Shown here: piece by piece, positions 1-11,200 of the stretch
Layout of the letters: each line of letters opens with the position of its first letter
Position numbering within the stretch: the stretch's first letter is position 1
DNA from: an uncultured Aquimarina sp.
GTDB lineage: Bacteria > Bacteroidota > Bacteroidia > Flavobacteriales > Flavobacteriaceae
Direction of reading: 5' to 3'
Assembly (NCBI GenBank): GCA_947489685.1
Contig: CANLEM010000007.1
Span: 61,310 to 125,309, forward strand
DNA: 64,000 bases
Notes under the pieces: generated by a model
Told to the model about the DNA's origin: nothing
The model's database searches: none
Seen by the model: the letters and a program-made list of their open reading frames with translations, nothing else
Program-made: the position numbers and the translations under genes

Positions 1-2
1 AA

Positions 3-131
3 GTATATTACGATGAAACAGCTGTTTTAAAAAATTACTACCAGAAACAAGAGAAATATTTTGGAGTAGATGGAGTAGGAGCTATCGATGACATTACAGA
101 ACGTTTAAGCACCACGATAGATAAACTTTAA
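3..131 (+). CDS. adk: Adenylate kinase, 3' end only (gene begins before the window)
   Basis: Hand translation from base 3 gives VYYDETAVLKNYYQKQEKYFGVDGVGAIDDITERLSTTIDKL* (TAA 129-131). This resembles the Adk C-terminus, and adk-obgE adjacency is usual in Flavobacteria. Not in the ORF track. Confidence 0.75.
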   Translation, partial: VYYDETAVLKNYYQKQEKYFGVDGVGAIDDITERLSTTIDKL

Positions 132-177
132 TTAGTTACTTCGCGCTACATTATACGGGGATAATATAAATTGAATT

Positions 178-1176
178 ATGACAGAAGGGAATTTTGTAGA
201 TTACGTAAAATTGCATGTAACTTCCGGAAACGGAGGGAAGGGATCTGTACATTTACATCGAGAGAAATATATCACCAAAGGAGGACCTGATGGAGGTGAT
301 GGTGGTAGAGGTGGTCATGTTATTTTACGTGCTAACCCTAATATGTGGACGCTTCATCATCTCAAATTCAAAAGACATTTAAGAGCTGGACATGGTGCTC
401 ATGGTAGTAAAAGCCGAAGTACTGGGGCAGATGGAGAAGATGTTTATGTAGATGTGCCGTTGGGAACTGTAATACGTGATACCGAGACACAAAATATTAT
501 TTTCGAAATTACTGAACAAGGACAAGAGTATGTAGCTGCCGAAGGTGGAATGGGAGGTCGAGGAAATTGGCATTTTAAAAGCCCGACAAACCAAACACCG
601 CGTTATGCTCAACCGGGTGTAGAGGGGCAGGAACATGATATTACGCTAGAGCTTAAAATTTTGGCAGATGTAGGATTAGTAGGGTTTCCGAATGCTGGAA
701 AATCTACTTTATTGTCGGTTATTACATCTGCAAAACCAAAGATCGCCGATTATGAATTTACAACTCTTAAACCTAATTTAGGGATAGTAGAATACCGAGA
801 TTTTCAAACCTTTGTAATGGCTGATATCCCGGGTATTATAGAAGGAGCAGCAGAAGGAAAAGGTATTGGACATCGTTTTTTACGTCATATAGAACGTAAT
901 TCTACACTCTTATTTTTAGTTCCTACAGACGCGCCTAGTATTGCCGAACAATATGAAATCTTGTTAGATGAATTACGTCGTTATAATCCTGATTTACTAG
1001 ATAAAGAACGATTAATTGCCATCTCTAAATGCGATATGCTCGATGATGAATTGAAACAAGAGTTAAAGGTTGAATTGGATGAACAATTAAACGTACCGTA
1101 TTTATTTATCTCTTCGGTTGCGCAACAAGGACTTCAAGAATTAAAGGACAAGCTCTGGCAAATGCTAAATGCATAG
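178..1176 (+). CDS. obgE: GTPase ObgE/CgtA
   Basis: Gly-rich Obg N-domain ([12 protein letters not shown]), G1 [10 protein letters not shown]2 YEFTT, G3 DIPG, G4 SKCD. Confidence 0.97.
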   Translation: MTEGNFVDYVKLHVTSGNGGKGSVHLHREKYITKGGPDGGDGGRGGHVILRANPNMWTLHHLKFKRHLRAGHGAHGSKSRSTGADGEDVYVDVPLGTVIRDTETQNIIFEITEQGQEYVAAEGGMGGRGNWHFKSPTNQTPRYAQPGVEGQEHDITLELKILADVGLVGFPNAGKSTLLSVITSAKPKIADYEFTTLKPNLGIVEYRDFQTFVMADIPGIIEGAAEGKGIGHRFLRHIERNSTLLFLVPTDAPSIAEQYEILLDELRRYNPDLLDKERLIAISKCDMLDDELKQELKVELDEQLNVPYLFISSVAQQGLQELKDKLWQMLNA

Positions 1177-1199
1177 GTAAACCTACTTAATTTTTATAG

Positions 1200-2249
1200 T
1201 TACTGATTTGTTTGTAAGATCAAAAACTTATCATCCATTACGTTTCCTGTTAAGATTAGATCATCGAAAGGAGTGGCCACAGATGAACCAGACATCCTGT
1301 TACCATCTTCTACATATATTTTTTTAACCAAATAGTCCTTTTTACCATTATAAGTAACTTTTATAATTTCTGAAGGTGCCGTTTCTTTTTTTCCTTTTGC
1401 ATAGGCCTTAAATCGTAGTAAATTAGGATGTCCTGCTGCCCATAAATTTCCTTGATTGTCAATTTCAATATTATCAACGCCCGTACCACACGGAATATCT
1501 TCAATAAAATCTAAAGAACCATCACTGTTTCTTGAATATACTTTAATTAAAAACCCTCGCGGAGAAGCAACAAAAAGTAAGTTTCGTTTGGCATCAAAAT
1601 TTATTCCATTAGCATATGCGATACCACTGGCTACTTCAATAAATTCTGTGCCATCAAAATACATCACATTAGATACCGAAAGTCCTAAATATTCTTCAGA
1701 GAATTTGCCGATCCCTTCAGTATATCCGTGGTCATTCGTAAAATAGAAACGATTTTCATCAATGAGTACAACATCATTAGGACTAATTAGTGAAGAATCA
1801 GTAATAGATTGTTCATGAGATAAGCTGTCGTTTTTCAAGTTAAATACCTCTATAGAATGTCCTTTTAGGGTATGATTTATGACCATTACTTGATAGTGAT
1901 CATCTTTTTTAAACATAGATATTCCATGAGGTGCAAATGGCTTAGAAAAAGACTTGGTAAGATGAAGAATATCAAAATTTCCCGTCTTCAAATCCATTCG
2001 GTATAATCCTCCCGATTCTTCTTTTGTGGGAGGATATGTAGCTCTTTGTGTTGCCGAGATTAATGCAAAATTATCTTTATGACTGATAGTGATATCTTCG
2101 GCGCCTCGAATAGGTATTTCTTGAATAACATTTCCTTCAAAATAATTTTCTACGGTTCTAAAAAAACCTGTTGAGATAAGTGTATAGAGTACAAAGCCAA
2201 TAATAAATACTAAAATGGCTAAAGATATTCTTTTGATAAGTCGACGCAT
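1200..2249 (-). CDS. Paraoxonase (PON)-like arylesterase/lactonase, six-bladed Ca2+ beta-propeller with N-terminal membrane anchor
   Basis: Motifs GAEDI, PHGIS, VINH, SPND, FTNDHGY, YANGI, GVDNI and AGHPN occur in the same order as in mammalian PON1. Confidence 0.85.
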   Translation of the reverse strand: MRRLIKRISLAILVFIIGFVLYTLISTGFFRTVENYFEGNVIQEIPIRGAEDITISHKDNFALISATQRATYPPTKEESGGLYRMDLKTGNFDILHLTKSFSKPFAPHGISMFKKDDHYQVMVINHTLKGHSIEVFNLKNDSLSHEQSITDSSLISPNDVVLIDENRFYFTNDHGYTEGIGKFSEEYLGLSVSNVMYFDGTEFIEVASGIAYANGINFDAKRNLLFVASPRGFLIKVYSRNSDGSLDFIEDIPCGTGVDNIEIDNQGNLWAAGHPNLLRFKAYAKGKKETAPSEIIKVTYNGKKDYLVKKIYVEDGNRMSGSSVATPFDDLILTGNVMDDKFLILQTNQ

Positions 2250-2279
2250 ATAAAGTTGGCTTTTAAGAGTAATAAAGTA

Positions 2280-2783
2280 TTATTTGATTTTTCCGTCATG
2301 AAACCCAGCTCTTTTCCAGATGTCTCCTTCTTTTACCCATATATTGGTAACCCTAAATTCGTTATCCTGTTGGATTCCATGTTTGGTAGAAGATACAAGT
2401 ACTTTAGCAGTTACGATTGCTGTATTTGTATAAAACTGAATTTCTGTTTCGGTCATCTCATAGATATGTACTTTAAGTACTCCTGTTTCAATTTCCTTTT
2501 TACGCTTGCCTACATATTTGAGCCAGGTATCTTTATGAATAGCTTTTGAATTACTATTTGTGTGTCTATAATTAGAAGTTAACATAGATTCAAGTTTTTT
2601 CACATCTCCGGTATGAAATGCTTGATTAAATTCGTTAATCCGAAGCATAAGCTCTTCTTGGTGTATAGACGAATTTCTTTTTGTAGGATTTTGGTCCGTA
2701 CAAGCCGTAAAAACAAACTGAATCCCTATTAAAAACAATAGACTGTGTTTGAAAACTTTTTTTATCAAAAACATTTCGCGCAT
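2280..2783 (-). CDS. NTF2-like/DUF4440 family lipoprotein
   Basis: Lipobox-like VFTA-C, followed by an NTF2/SnoaL-type pattern (FNQAFHTGDVKKLESMLTSNY...RVTNIWVKEGDIWK). Start is more likely ATG 2783 or 2774 than the track start at 2834. Confidence 0.7.
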   Translation of the reverse strand: MREMFLIKKVFKHSLLFLIGIQFVFTACTDQNPTKRNSSIHQEELMLRINEFNQAFHTGDVKKLESMLTSNYRHTNSNSKAIHKDTWLKYVGKRKKEIETGVLKVHIYEMTETEIQFYTNTAIVTAKVLVSSTKHGIQQDNEFRVTNIWVKEGDIWKRAGFHDGKIK

Positions 2784-3077
2784 GAGTAAATAGCTGGGTG
2801 TAACGTAAGCTTCTAATTCGTTTAAATATAACAAAATAAATCCTCTACAACGTAATTTTTAATACTAGTTTGAAAATAATCAAGCCTAAAAAGATGGAGC
2901 ATCAAGCAAGTAACGATTTGCTTAAATTTAATACGTTTACTAATTCGAATCTTACGAATACTTGTTCATTAACAAATCTTAACTTTTGTTGAAATATATT
3001 TAACACATCAAATTATACTACAAGATGTAGTAAATCAGTTGTTATTTTATTGTGTAATTTTTCACTAATTAAATTTT

Positions 3078-3665
3078 ATGATGAATTTTAAAAACCCCGT
3101 TCACATTTTAATCGTTTTTAGTTTATTATTCTGTATTTCGTGCACTGAAACTAAAAAAGAAAACAAAAATGATAAGTTGCTTGCGCAAGCAGATGTTTTA
3201 TCTAAAGAAGAAAAAGTTCCAACAATTACTGAGTTAATATCTACTGATATTGGGTTTGAAAAACTAAATGAACTACTACAAACTACAGATTTTACTACAA
3301 AATTCGAAAAAGAAGGTCCTTATACCATGTTTGCACCTTTAAATGGAGCTATTAATAAGCTATCTCCAAAAGTGCTAGAGGATCTTAAAAAGCCTGAGAA
3401 TGCAGCCAAATTAACAAAAGTTATAAATTGTCATATCATTCCGGGATTGATCAATAAACAAGATATTATCAAAGCCATTAATGAAAATGGAGGGAGCGTA
3501 AAATTAAAAACTTTAGGAGGTACAAGATTAATTGCCTCAATGAAAGGGGATAGAATTTACCTTATTGATAAAACAGGTAATGCAGGAAGATTGATGGTTA
3601 ATGATATAGAAGCTACCAACGGAATTATCCATACCATAGAATCTGTAATGATGCCAAAAAATTAA
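3078..3665 (+). CDS. Fasciclin (FAS1) domain lipoprotein
   Basis: Lipobox CIS-C; FAS1 motifs YTMFAP, HIIPG and NGIIHTIESVM. Confidence 0.9.
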   Translation: MMNFKNPVHILIVFSLLFCISCTETKKENKNDKLLAQADVLSKEEKVPTITELISTDIGFEKLNELLQTTDFTTKFEKEGPYTMFAPLNGAINKLSPKVLEDLKKPENAAKLTKVINCHIIPGLINKQDIIKAINENGGSVKLKTLGGTRLIASMKGDRIYLIDKTGNAGRLMVNDIEATNGIIHTIESVMMPKN

Positions 3666-3695
3666 ATGAATTAATATATAGTTTTTGATACTTGT

Positions 3696-3727
3696 AAAAA
3701 AAGGAAGCTACTTTAGCTTCCTTTTTT
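3696..3727. terminator. Intrinsic terminator after the fasciclin gene (bidirectional shape)
   Basis: AAAAAAAGGAAGCTA-CTT-TAGCTTCCTTTTTT is a perfect stem with A and T runs. Confidence 0.85.
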
Positions 3728-3806
3728 ATTTAAGTTAATTTTCAATTGGTTCTTGTGAAATTAAAGTAAATATAAATCCCTAATTTTACCCCCTTGAAGA
3801 TTAGAA

Positions 3807-4517
3807 ATGAAAATAATACTGTTTATTAAAAGAATAATTCGATCAATATTCACTTTCGGTTTTACTATCGAATGGAAATCAAAAATAATCGATTTATTAA
3901 TAGTTATAATTGGAATTACACTTGCGTTTCGATTAAACAACTGGAGTGAGTCAAAAAAACAAGATAGCTTATTAAAGAATTATGTAACAAGTTTCAATAT
4001 AGAAAATCAATCTAATATCGAGAGTTTAAGCAATGCATTAGATTATTCTCAGTTACAATTATCAAAAATTGATACGCTAAGGCAAATAATGCGTAAAGAA
4101 GCATATGATGATATGAGACTTCGACAGTTATCCCCAAGCTTATTAAATACGGTTAATTATAAATCTTCTACTATTACTTTAGAAAATATTAAAGAATCAG
4201 GAGACTTCGAATTAATTAAGGATTATAAGCTTAGAAAAAAAATTATTACGGTATATGAATCTTTAAGCGAATTAAAAGAAAAAGAAAGTGTCTTAAATGA
4301 TTATGTAAAGACGATTACTAGACCCTACTTTTTTGAAAAAATTAGATATAGAGATTTTTATCCTGTGGATGATGAAGGGATGGTAAAGGATCATAGATAT
4401 GAAAATATGATTATTGGATACGGTATTTTAATAACTCGACAAATACAGGCTTATAATACAACAATGGCCGAGTTAGAAGATTTAAAACAAGAACTTGTAC
4501 TATCTCTAAACAATTAA
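3807..4517 (+). CDS. Membrane-anchored helical protein, DUF6090-like
   Basis: One N-terminal TM segment (IIDLLIVIIGITLAFRLNNW) followed by a helical domain, which is the pattern of this common Flavobacterial family. Family call is from memory. Confidence 0.6.
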   Translation: MKIILFIKRIIRSIFTFGFTIEWKSKIIDLLIVIIGITLAFRLNNWSESKKQDSLLKNYVTSFNIENQSNIESLSNALDYSQLQLSKIDTLRQIMRKEAYDDMRLRQLSPSLLNTVNYKSSTITLENIKESGDFELIKDYKLRKKIITVYESLSELKEKESVLNDYVKTITRPYFFEKIRYRDFYPVDDEGMVKDHRYENMIIGYGILITRQIQAYNTTMAELEDLKQELVLSLNN

Positions 4518-5212
4518 TTATTGTATGCCTTGTGCAAAGAGAGTAAACGAAAATCAAAAGGAGTCCAAAGACATGCCTTTGCATCACTTTGTTTTAATCC
4601 TGTATTTACCCAAGTATTACAGGTGTTAAAACAGTTGTAGCTACCTGTGGCTTCATAGAAGTCGTCATTTTTATAATATCTTAATCCAGGTAAGATGATC
4701 TTCTTATTACTAGCATCTAAGCGAAATGTGTTATAGATATACGAGTTTATTTTGCGAATCTGGCTCGAACTCATTTTGATTTCTACCCAATTACTTTTCA
4801 TGGTAGTATATCTAATTACATGTAATAACGCAGGAGTGTTAACAAATGCAGCTTTACATTTATTTACAATCGTAAAACTTCCCCATGTAGAGGTTTCGAT
4901 ATAAAAGGTTTTGTCTCCCCACCCGAATGAGAAAAACTGTTCTTGTTCTGTGTATGTCAATCCATTTAAAATGGAGGTGTCTAATTCGGTTTTGGGAATA
5001 ATAATTTCAAGATGTATCCCATTAGAAGCTATATATATACTATGCTTTTTTTTGGTAAGATCATTACTGTTGTTAACCGTAATATAAGAAGAAATTAAAG
5101 AAATGATAAGATATGTTATTGGGATGATTAAGATGATCCCAATTGATTTTAAAATTTTCTTTACTAATCTCATGGTGCTAATTACAAACATTTGTCTATA
5201 AATAATAAACAA
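4514..5212 (-). CDS. DUF2459 / TIGR02117 family protein
   Basis: Motifs SNGIHLEIIIP, FGWGDKTFY and FYEATGSYNCFNTCNTW, plus an N-terminal TM. Start may be ATG 5173. Confidence 0.8.
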   Translation of the reverse strand: MFIIYRQMFVISTMRLVKKILKSIGIILIIPITYLIISLISSYITVNNSNDLTKKKHSIYIASNGIHLEIIIPKTELDTSILNGLTYTEQEQFFSFGWGDKTFYIETSTWGSFTIVNKCKAAFVNTPALLHVIRYTTMKSNWVEIKMSSSQIRKINSYIYNTFRLDASNKKIILPGLRYYKNDDFYEATGSYNCFNTCNTWVNTGLKQSDAKACLWTPFDFRLLSLHKAYNN

Positions 5213-5242
5213 AATAGAAATGATCTTTTTGTTATTGTTTTT

Positions 5243-5281
5243 AAAAAACTAACCCCGCCAATTTCTTATACCTGCGGGGTT
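5243..5281 (-). terminator. Probable intrinsic terminator of the alpha-2-macroglobulin gene
   Basis: AACCCCGC (5251-58) pairs with GCGGGGTT (5274-81). A U-run follows on the minus strand. The loop is unusually long (15 nt). Confidence 0.6.
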
Positions 5282-5289
5282 TGATTACT

Positions 5290-8200
5290 TTATTTGATCT
5301 GCACTCTTATTCCTTCAGAATGACTCGAGAATTCTGGGGCATACATACTTTGTATGGTCGTAATTCCGTTCGAAAAATCTCCTTTATTATTTACTCTTAG
5401 ATCATATTCAAAAACAAATACTCCCTTGGGCAAATAATCAATGAAAAAGTTTGTCGCAGCATCTTTGGTGCTTTCGTAGTATCCTAATCCATCTTGCCAT
5501 TTGTATTGCGATATTACATTTACAGGTTCAAGTCCAGAAGCACGCATATCTTTCATATGTACAAACTCCATAGCACGATCCGATCGTAACTCGATACGTA
5601 CACGTACCAAATCCCCTAATTTTAAATTAGTAGTGTTCGTAATTTCGGTGATTTCTTCTCCAGTATCGGTGTTTTTTTTCAAAAACAGTTTTTTCTTAAG
5701 TGATAGTGGAGTTTTGGCAGGCGTTATTTTGTCTAAATTTTCAAAATATTGCCAGTACAATGCTCCCCAGGCAATACCTTTTCCTTTTTTTGTGATTTTT
5801 GCAGTTCCCATATTAGGTTGTATCTCGTTACCCTGCCAAGAGGTTTTGAAATACCCTGTTCCTGCTTCTACCTTAACATCCTCCATCGTATTAGGGTCAA
5901 TTTTTTGACCTCCCAAAACGATATCTACCATATCTGTAACCGATAACCAGTCGCTACCTTGCAGAAGAAGGGCATATATGGCATCAGAAGTGGCCTTAGT
6001 AGTCTTCCAACGATTAGTTTGTTTGTTTTTGAGTAACCATACCTTAAGGTTGTCTACAATCTCGGTGCGTTTTGGTTCTTGTTCAATTTCCGAAAATACT
6101 TCGATCATTAATGATTGAGTTTCGATTGGTGCTTGGTACCAATACCAACTGGCGGTATTAGATTTCCAATACATACCCAATTCTTCACTTGTGATACTTT
6201 TTTCATCTAATGACCTGATTATTTTATTGGCAGTACTATTATCATCATTACGATTTAAAATAAGAGCTAACATACCTTGAGCATATAAACTTTGGCTTAG
6301 CCAATATTTTTTTGATTGTCCTAGATAATAATTCCATGCTTCATTGGTCTTTTTAGGACGTTTGACATCTGTATAAAAACTACGCATATACATATAATGA
6401 ATTTGAGTATAACTCATATGGTTTTTATTGATGTCAATATTGTTTTTATCGCAATATCTTTTTAACTCGTTATATTCTTTTACAAATGCATTATCAAGAA
6501 AACGAATAGCGCTGTTAAGCATATTAGTTGTATTGCTATCAAATGTAGTTACTCCTAATTTTTTAAGGTGACCAAATCCTGTGGCAATGTGTTGAGTGAT
6601 AAAACGATTTTCTCTACCGCCATGAAACCATGGAAATCCTCCCGAGCCAGATTGCATCTTTCTTAATTTATTTAAGGCAGATTGTAGCTCATTATTCATC
6701 TTGTTAAGGTCAAAAAGTAGGGCAATGCGTTTCTTCTGTTCAGTTTCACTTTGCGCATCTCTTAGCCATGGTGTTTCTTGAATGATTAATGATTTTAGCT
6801 CTTGATTTTTTTCGAGATTGCTCAGTAATGCATCCGTAGATTTCCATTGGTTAAATACTTCCTGAATCCTTGGATTAGAATTAGCAATATGACTAGCTAA
6901 GGCATTAGCATAATATCTTGAAAAAGTCTGCTCAGAACATTCATAAGGATACTCCATAAGATAAGGTAATGCTTGTACAGCATACCACGCTGGGTTAGAT
7001 GTCATCTCTAATGTTAATTTGTGATGTTTTAATGTGGTCGAGTTATTATCCTTTAACTTATCAAGAGTAAATGTTTTGGTTTGATTAGAACGGATCCACA
7101 TCGGCAGTGTTTCTGTTACCAACATGCGATTGCTTAATACCGGAAGTGCATTTTGTTCTCCATCAGAGAAATCTTCAGCTTTGGCTACGATTTTATATAG
7201 AACGGTTTGTACGTTATCCGGAATTTGTAACTCCCACGATATATTTGTATTGCCTTTAGTTTTTACGGCAAAATTTTGTCGGGCGTTAGTGTTCTTTAAA
7301 TCAGCATCAATCATTTTATTGGTCAGCGCATCAAATAATTGTAATTCGATAATACCATTAAGATCTTTATCCGCTAAGTTGGATACCTTAGAACTTAAGA
7401 CTATTTTATCTCCTTCTCTTAAAAACCTGGGAGGGTTAGGAAGAATCATTAATTCCTTTTGTGTTACCGTTTCTAATGTTTGTAGCCCCGAATGCATTTC
7501 TTTGGTATGTGCTAATAACTGAAGTTTCCATCTAGTTAATGCTTCTGGCGCTGTAAAACTAAAACTAACATTACCCTCTACATCTGTAGTTAGCTGCGGA
7601 TAGAAAAAGGCAGTTTCCTGTAGATTTTTTCTGATTTTCACTCCCTCCAAAGAGGTTTCTTTTTTAGTTTCATCGGACTTTGATTCGGCTTGATCCAAAT
7701 CTTTTGCTTTTTCCTCTTTTTCTATACCTGCGTTACCTTCAACAACAATCTCGCTTAATTCAGCATCTTCTTCTGCTGGAGCGCTTCGCGCCATGGATTT
7801 TTGCATCATTGGTGCTGCTGCTGTTTCCATTACATCATACATTCGGTTTCTCCCCCCAAAATATTGCTGTCTAAAATATAAACCAAACCAATTTAACTGA
7901 TCATAATTTTGGCTTGTGTAACCATAGTAACCAGTATTGTTATATAATTTGAATGCATTAGCGCCAAAACTCTGCGTTGCTTTTCTTCTGTTTTGAGAAT
8001 AATATATAGGGCGATTAATAGGATTAAAATACCATTGATGTGGTTTAAATTGGTCTAGTGATGCATCATACATACTTGCCAAAAGTTCGGCACTTACTTT
8101 ATCTCCTTTAGGTCCTTTGATAGTAAAATTCCAAGTTTCTTGTTGTCCTGGTTGTAGCTTATCTCTAAAAGTGTTTGTTTCTATACTAAGCTCGGTTGGT

Positions 8201-11200
8201 TCATAAGGAACAGCGAGTAAAAGAGCTCCGTTTTGATAGCTGTTATAGTTTACAAAACTGTAACTAATCGAGAAACCACCCAGATCTTCTTTTGTAACAG
8301 GGATTTTAATGGTTTTACTATTATTCGAAAGTTTAATTAATTTGGTTTCTGTAATTCGGTAGTTTTTTTCGATATCTAGTGTGATCGTAATATCTTCTGA
8401 TGCAGAACTTAATTTTATAATAGCATCATCGCCAATTTTGTACGAAGTTTTATTGGTTGTAATTTCAAATAACTGCTGATCGCTAATAAGGTCATCTGCT
8501 TGATTATAAGCAGTAATATATTGTATGTCTTTTACTTTTTGGCCAAACCTGTCTTTAGTTTTTAACTCTATTACATATTTACCGGATTTCCATTTTTTAA
8601 TACTTTCTAAATTAATTTCTTGATTACCAATATTATCTTTTTTAGAAGTATCAAAAGTAGTATCGAATACCAATTCTCCTTTTTCCCATGTACGAAAATC
8701 ATGTTCGTTCTTAAAAGCATCATGCGGAAACAATTTGTTGAATTCGTCTTTGGGGAATCCTTCATAATCAGGTGCTGACCATGGGCGAATACGTATCGGC
8801 TTATTAGGCGCTTTTAGTTTAAAGATTTGTATACTTCCATTAGCGGCTACAGGTTCATTATTTAGGTTTAGGGTCTGTATTGTTAATACATTATCTTTTT
8901 TGGATGTATTTATTTTGCTTTGTACTCCAATTGTCGCGGTTAATGCATGATATCCAACAGCAACATAAGCTTGAGTACTTCTTGTTTCACCATTGATATC
9001 AATAACATCTGCTGTAACCTCATAATTAAAAATAGGTAGATTCTCTTTGTTCACAGTTGGATCAGGAAGCGCTGCAAAATTGATGATATACTCTCCGTTC
9101 TCATCGGTTTTAGTTTCTCCATGAGTAATTTCTTGAGGTTCTGAGTTGTATCGTGGGTACCAATAACACCATCTAGGGTATTGTACTTTTCGATGTACTC
9201 TATATACCACTTTTGCATCTGTAATATTGCTACCCGCATAGGCAGATGCTATTCCTATAAGTTTTATAGTATCATGAACTTTATAGGTTTCGGTAACCGG
9301 ATTAAACTTGGTCTCGAACTTGGGGCGTTTATACTCTTCTACAGAAATAGAGGCACTTTGATGATTATTGGTTTGTATCGTATATATACCGGTTAATCCT
9401 GAAGAAGGAAGTATAAACTCTCCTTTAAAAGATCCGTATTCATTCGTTTTTAAATGTAAAGTTTTAATTTCTTGTCCATTAACATCTCTAAGTGTGGCAA
9501 AAGCAGAATATTCTGGTAGAACCTTAAAATCTTCTTTGAGTTTAGAAGACATCATTATGCCTTTGAAATATACCGTTTGTCCGGGTCTGTAAATACTACG
9601 ATCTGTAAAAATGAAGGTGTTATATCGGGTATTGTCATCATCAGTATTGCGTGAATGAGATTGGTTTAAATAAAACCCTTCAAAAAATGCCTTGTCTTCT
9701 TGATGGCTAATAGTAATATTAACATCGTAATAATACTTATTTATGGTCAAATGAACTTGTCCATTTTTATCTGTGATTAAGGTTTTATCCAATTTGTTAC
9801 CATATTGTCTATCGGTACTTGTTTTAAAATTCACTTTAGCGTTTGCGACTGGATTTCCGTTATTACGATCTAATACTTGAAAAATAGATTCTTCGGTAGT
9901 TCTGTTTTCAACCAATGCTAAATCACTGATTTGTATTTTTCCGTAAGAAAACATGTTTTTTTGCGAGAGATCTGGCGCTACAGTGGCTACTACTAAGTAA
10001 TATCCTTGATCTAATTCAGGTAATAAGACCTCTGTCGAGTGTTTTTGATAATCACTTTCGTTTCGTATTTCTGTTTCCCAGGTTTTACTAATACGTAAAG
10101 CATTTAAAAACTTAATTTGTTCATCAAGTTTGTATAATCTATCTAATGCTTTTAATTGTTTAGGGGTAATTTTTAAAGCTTTAAAATAGAGTTTATTTAG
10201 ATTTTTATAGGTAACTAATAATCGTCCTGGAGTTTGTATAGGAGCATACTTTTCTATACTAATATTTAGCTCTGGATGAAGAATTTGATCTTTCAAAGAT
10301 TGACAATTATCTCCGCCACGCGAATCGGGAAATTTCTCTACAACTGTGTTGCATAATTCTAAAGCATCTTTCAGTTTCCATCGGTGAGTTTCATTTTCTT
10401 TGGGGGTATATGACGCCGCTTGTTCATTATATAAATTTGCTATTTCAAAATCATATAATGCCGATGATATATGTGTTTTAATTTGATTTTTTTCAAGACG
10501 TAACGTTTTTAGAAGTATATCTTGCTTGTTGGTAAATACAGCATTTTGATATACAAATTTGATGCGCTCAATGTTTACCTCTGTAAGTGCATCAACATTG
10601 TTGTTTCTTGCATGAAATTTTATCAAATTTTGATATAATTTTAGAGCATTACCTTGTAATGATAATGAATCTTTAGGCTCAATTTTTAATTTAGAAAACG
10701 CATTGTGATCTGCTAAAAAATCAGGACTGTCAATTCTGAATGCATATGAGGGTTTTGTGATATTCGTTTCAGAAGTTTTGTAAAACTCCAGGGCATTATG
10801 TGTTAAGAAATCATATAAAGTTGGACGATATTTTTTTGAATCATGACGAATATGTAAAATTTCATTAAACTTTGATAGATCTGTTTGCTGAGCAAGAACT
10901 CCGTTTTTGATTGATTTTTGGTAGTAGGTGTGGATTTCGTTAAATAAAGTTTCGAGATCCCATGTTCTAAAATCTTCAGAATCTACTTTTTCGGATGTTT
11001 GCGTTCTGTTATAGAATTTCCATCTATTTTCTTTAAAATATTGCCAGTACAAATTGGCAAGAATGCTTTCTAAAATATTTCTTTTTGGAAATTTACTTTG
11101 ATCAATTTCGTTTTTAAGTTCTTTAATAATATTAAGTTGAGCATCCTCTTCAAGAGTAAGTAGATATTTTGCTTTGTGAAGCAACGCTTTTATGACCTGA

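Noticed and set aside
4511-4517. Overlapping stop codons of the convergent DUF6090-like and DUF2459 genes
   Set aside because: This is a common compact-genome arrangement with no further supporting signal.
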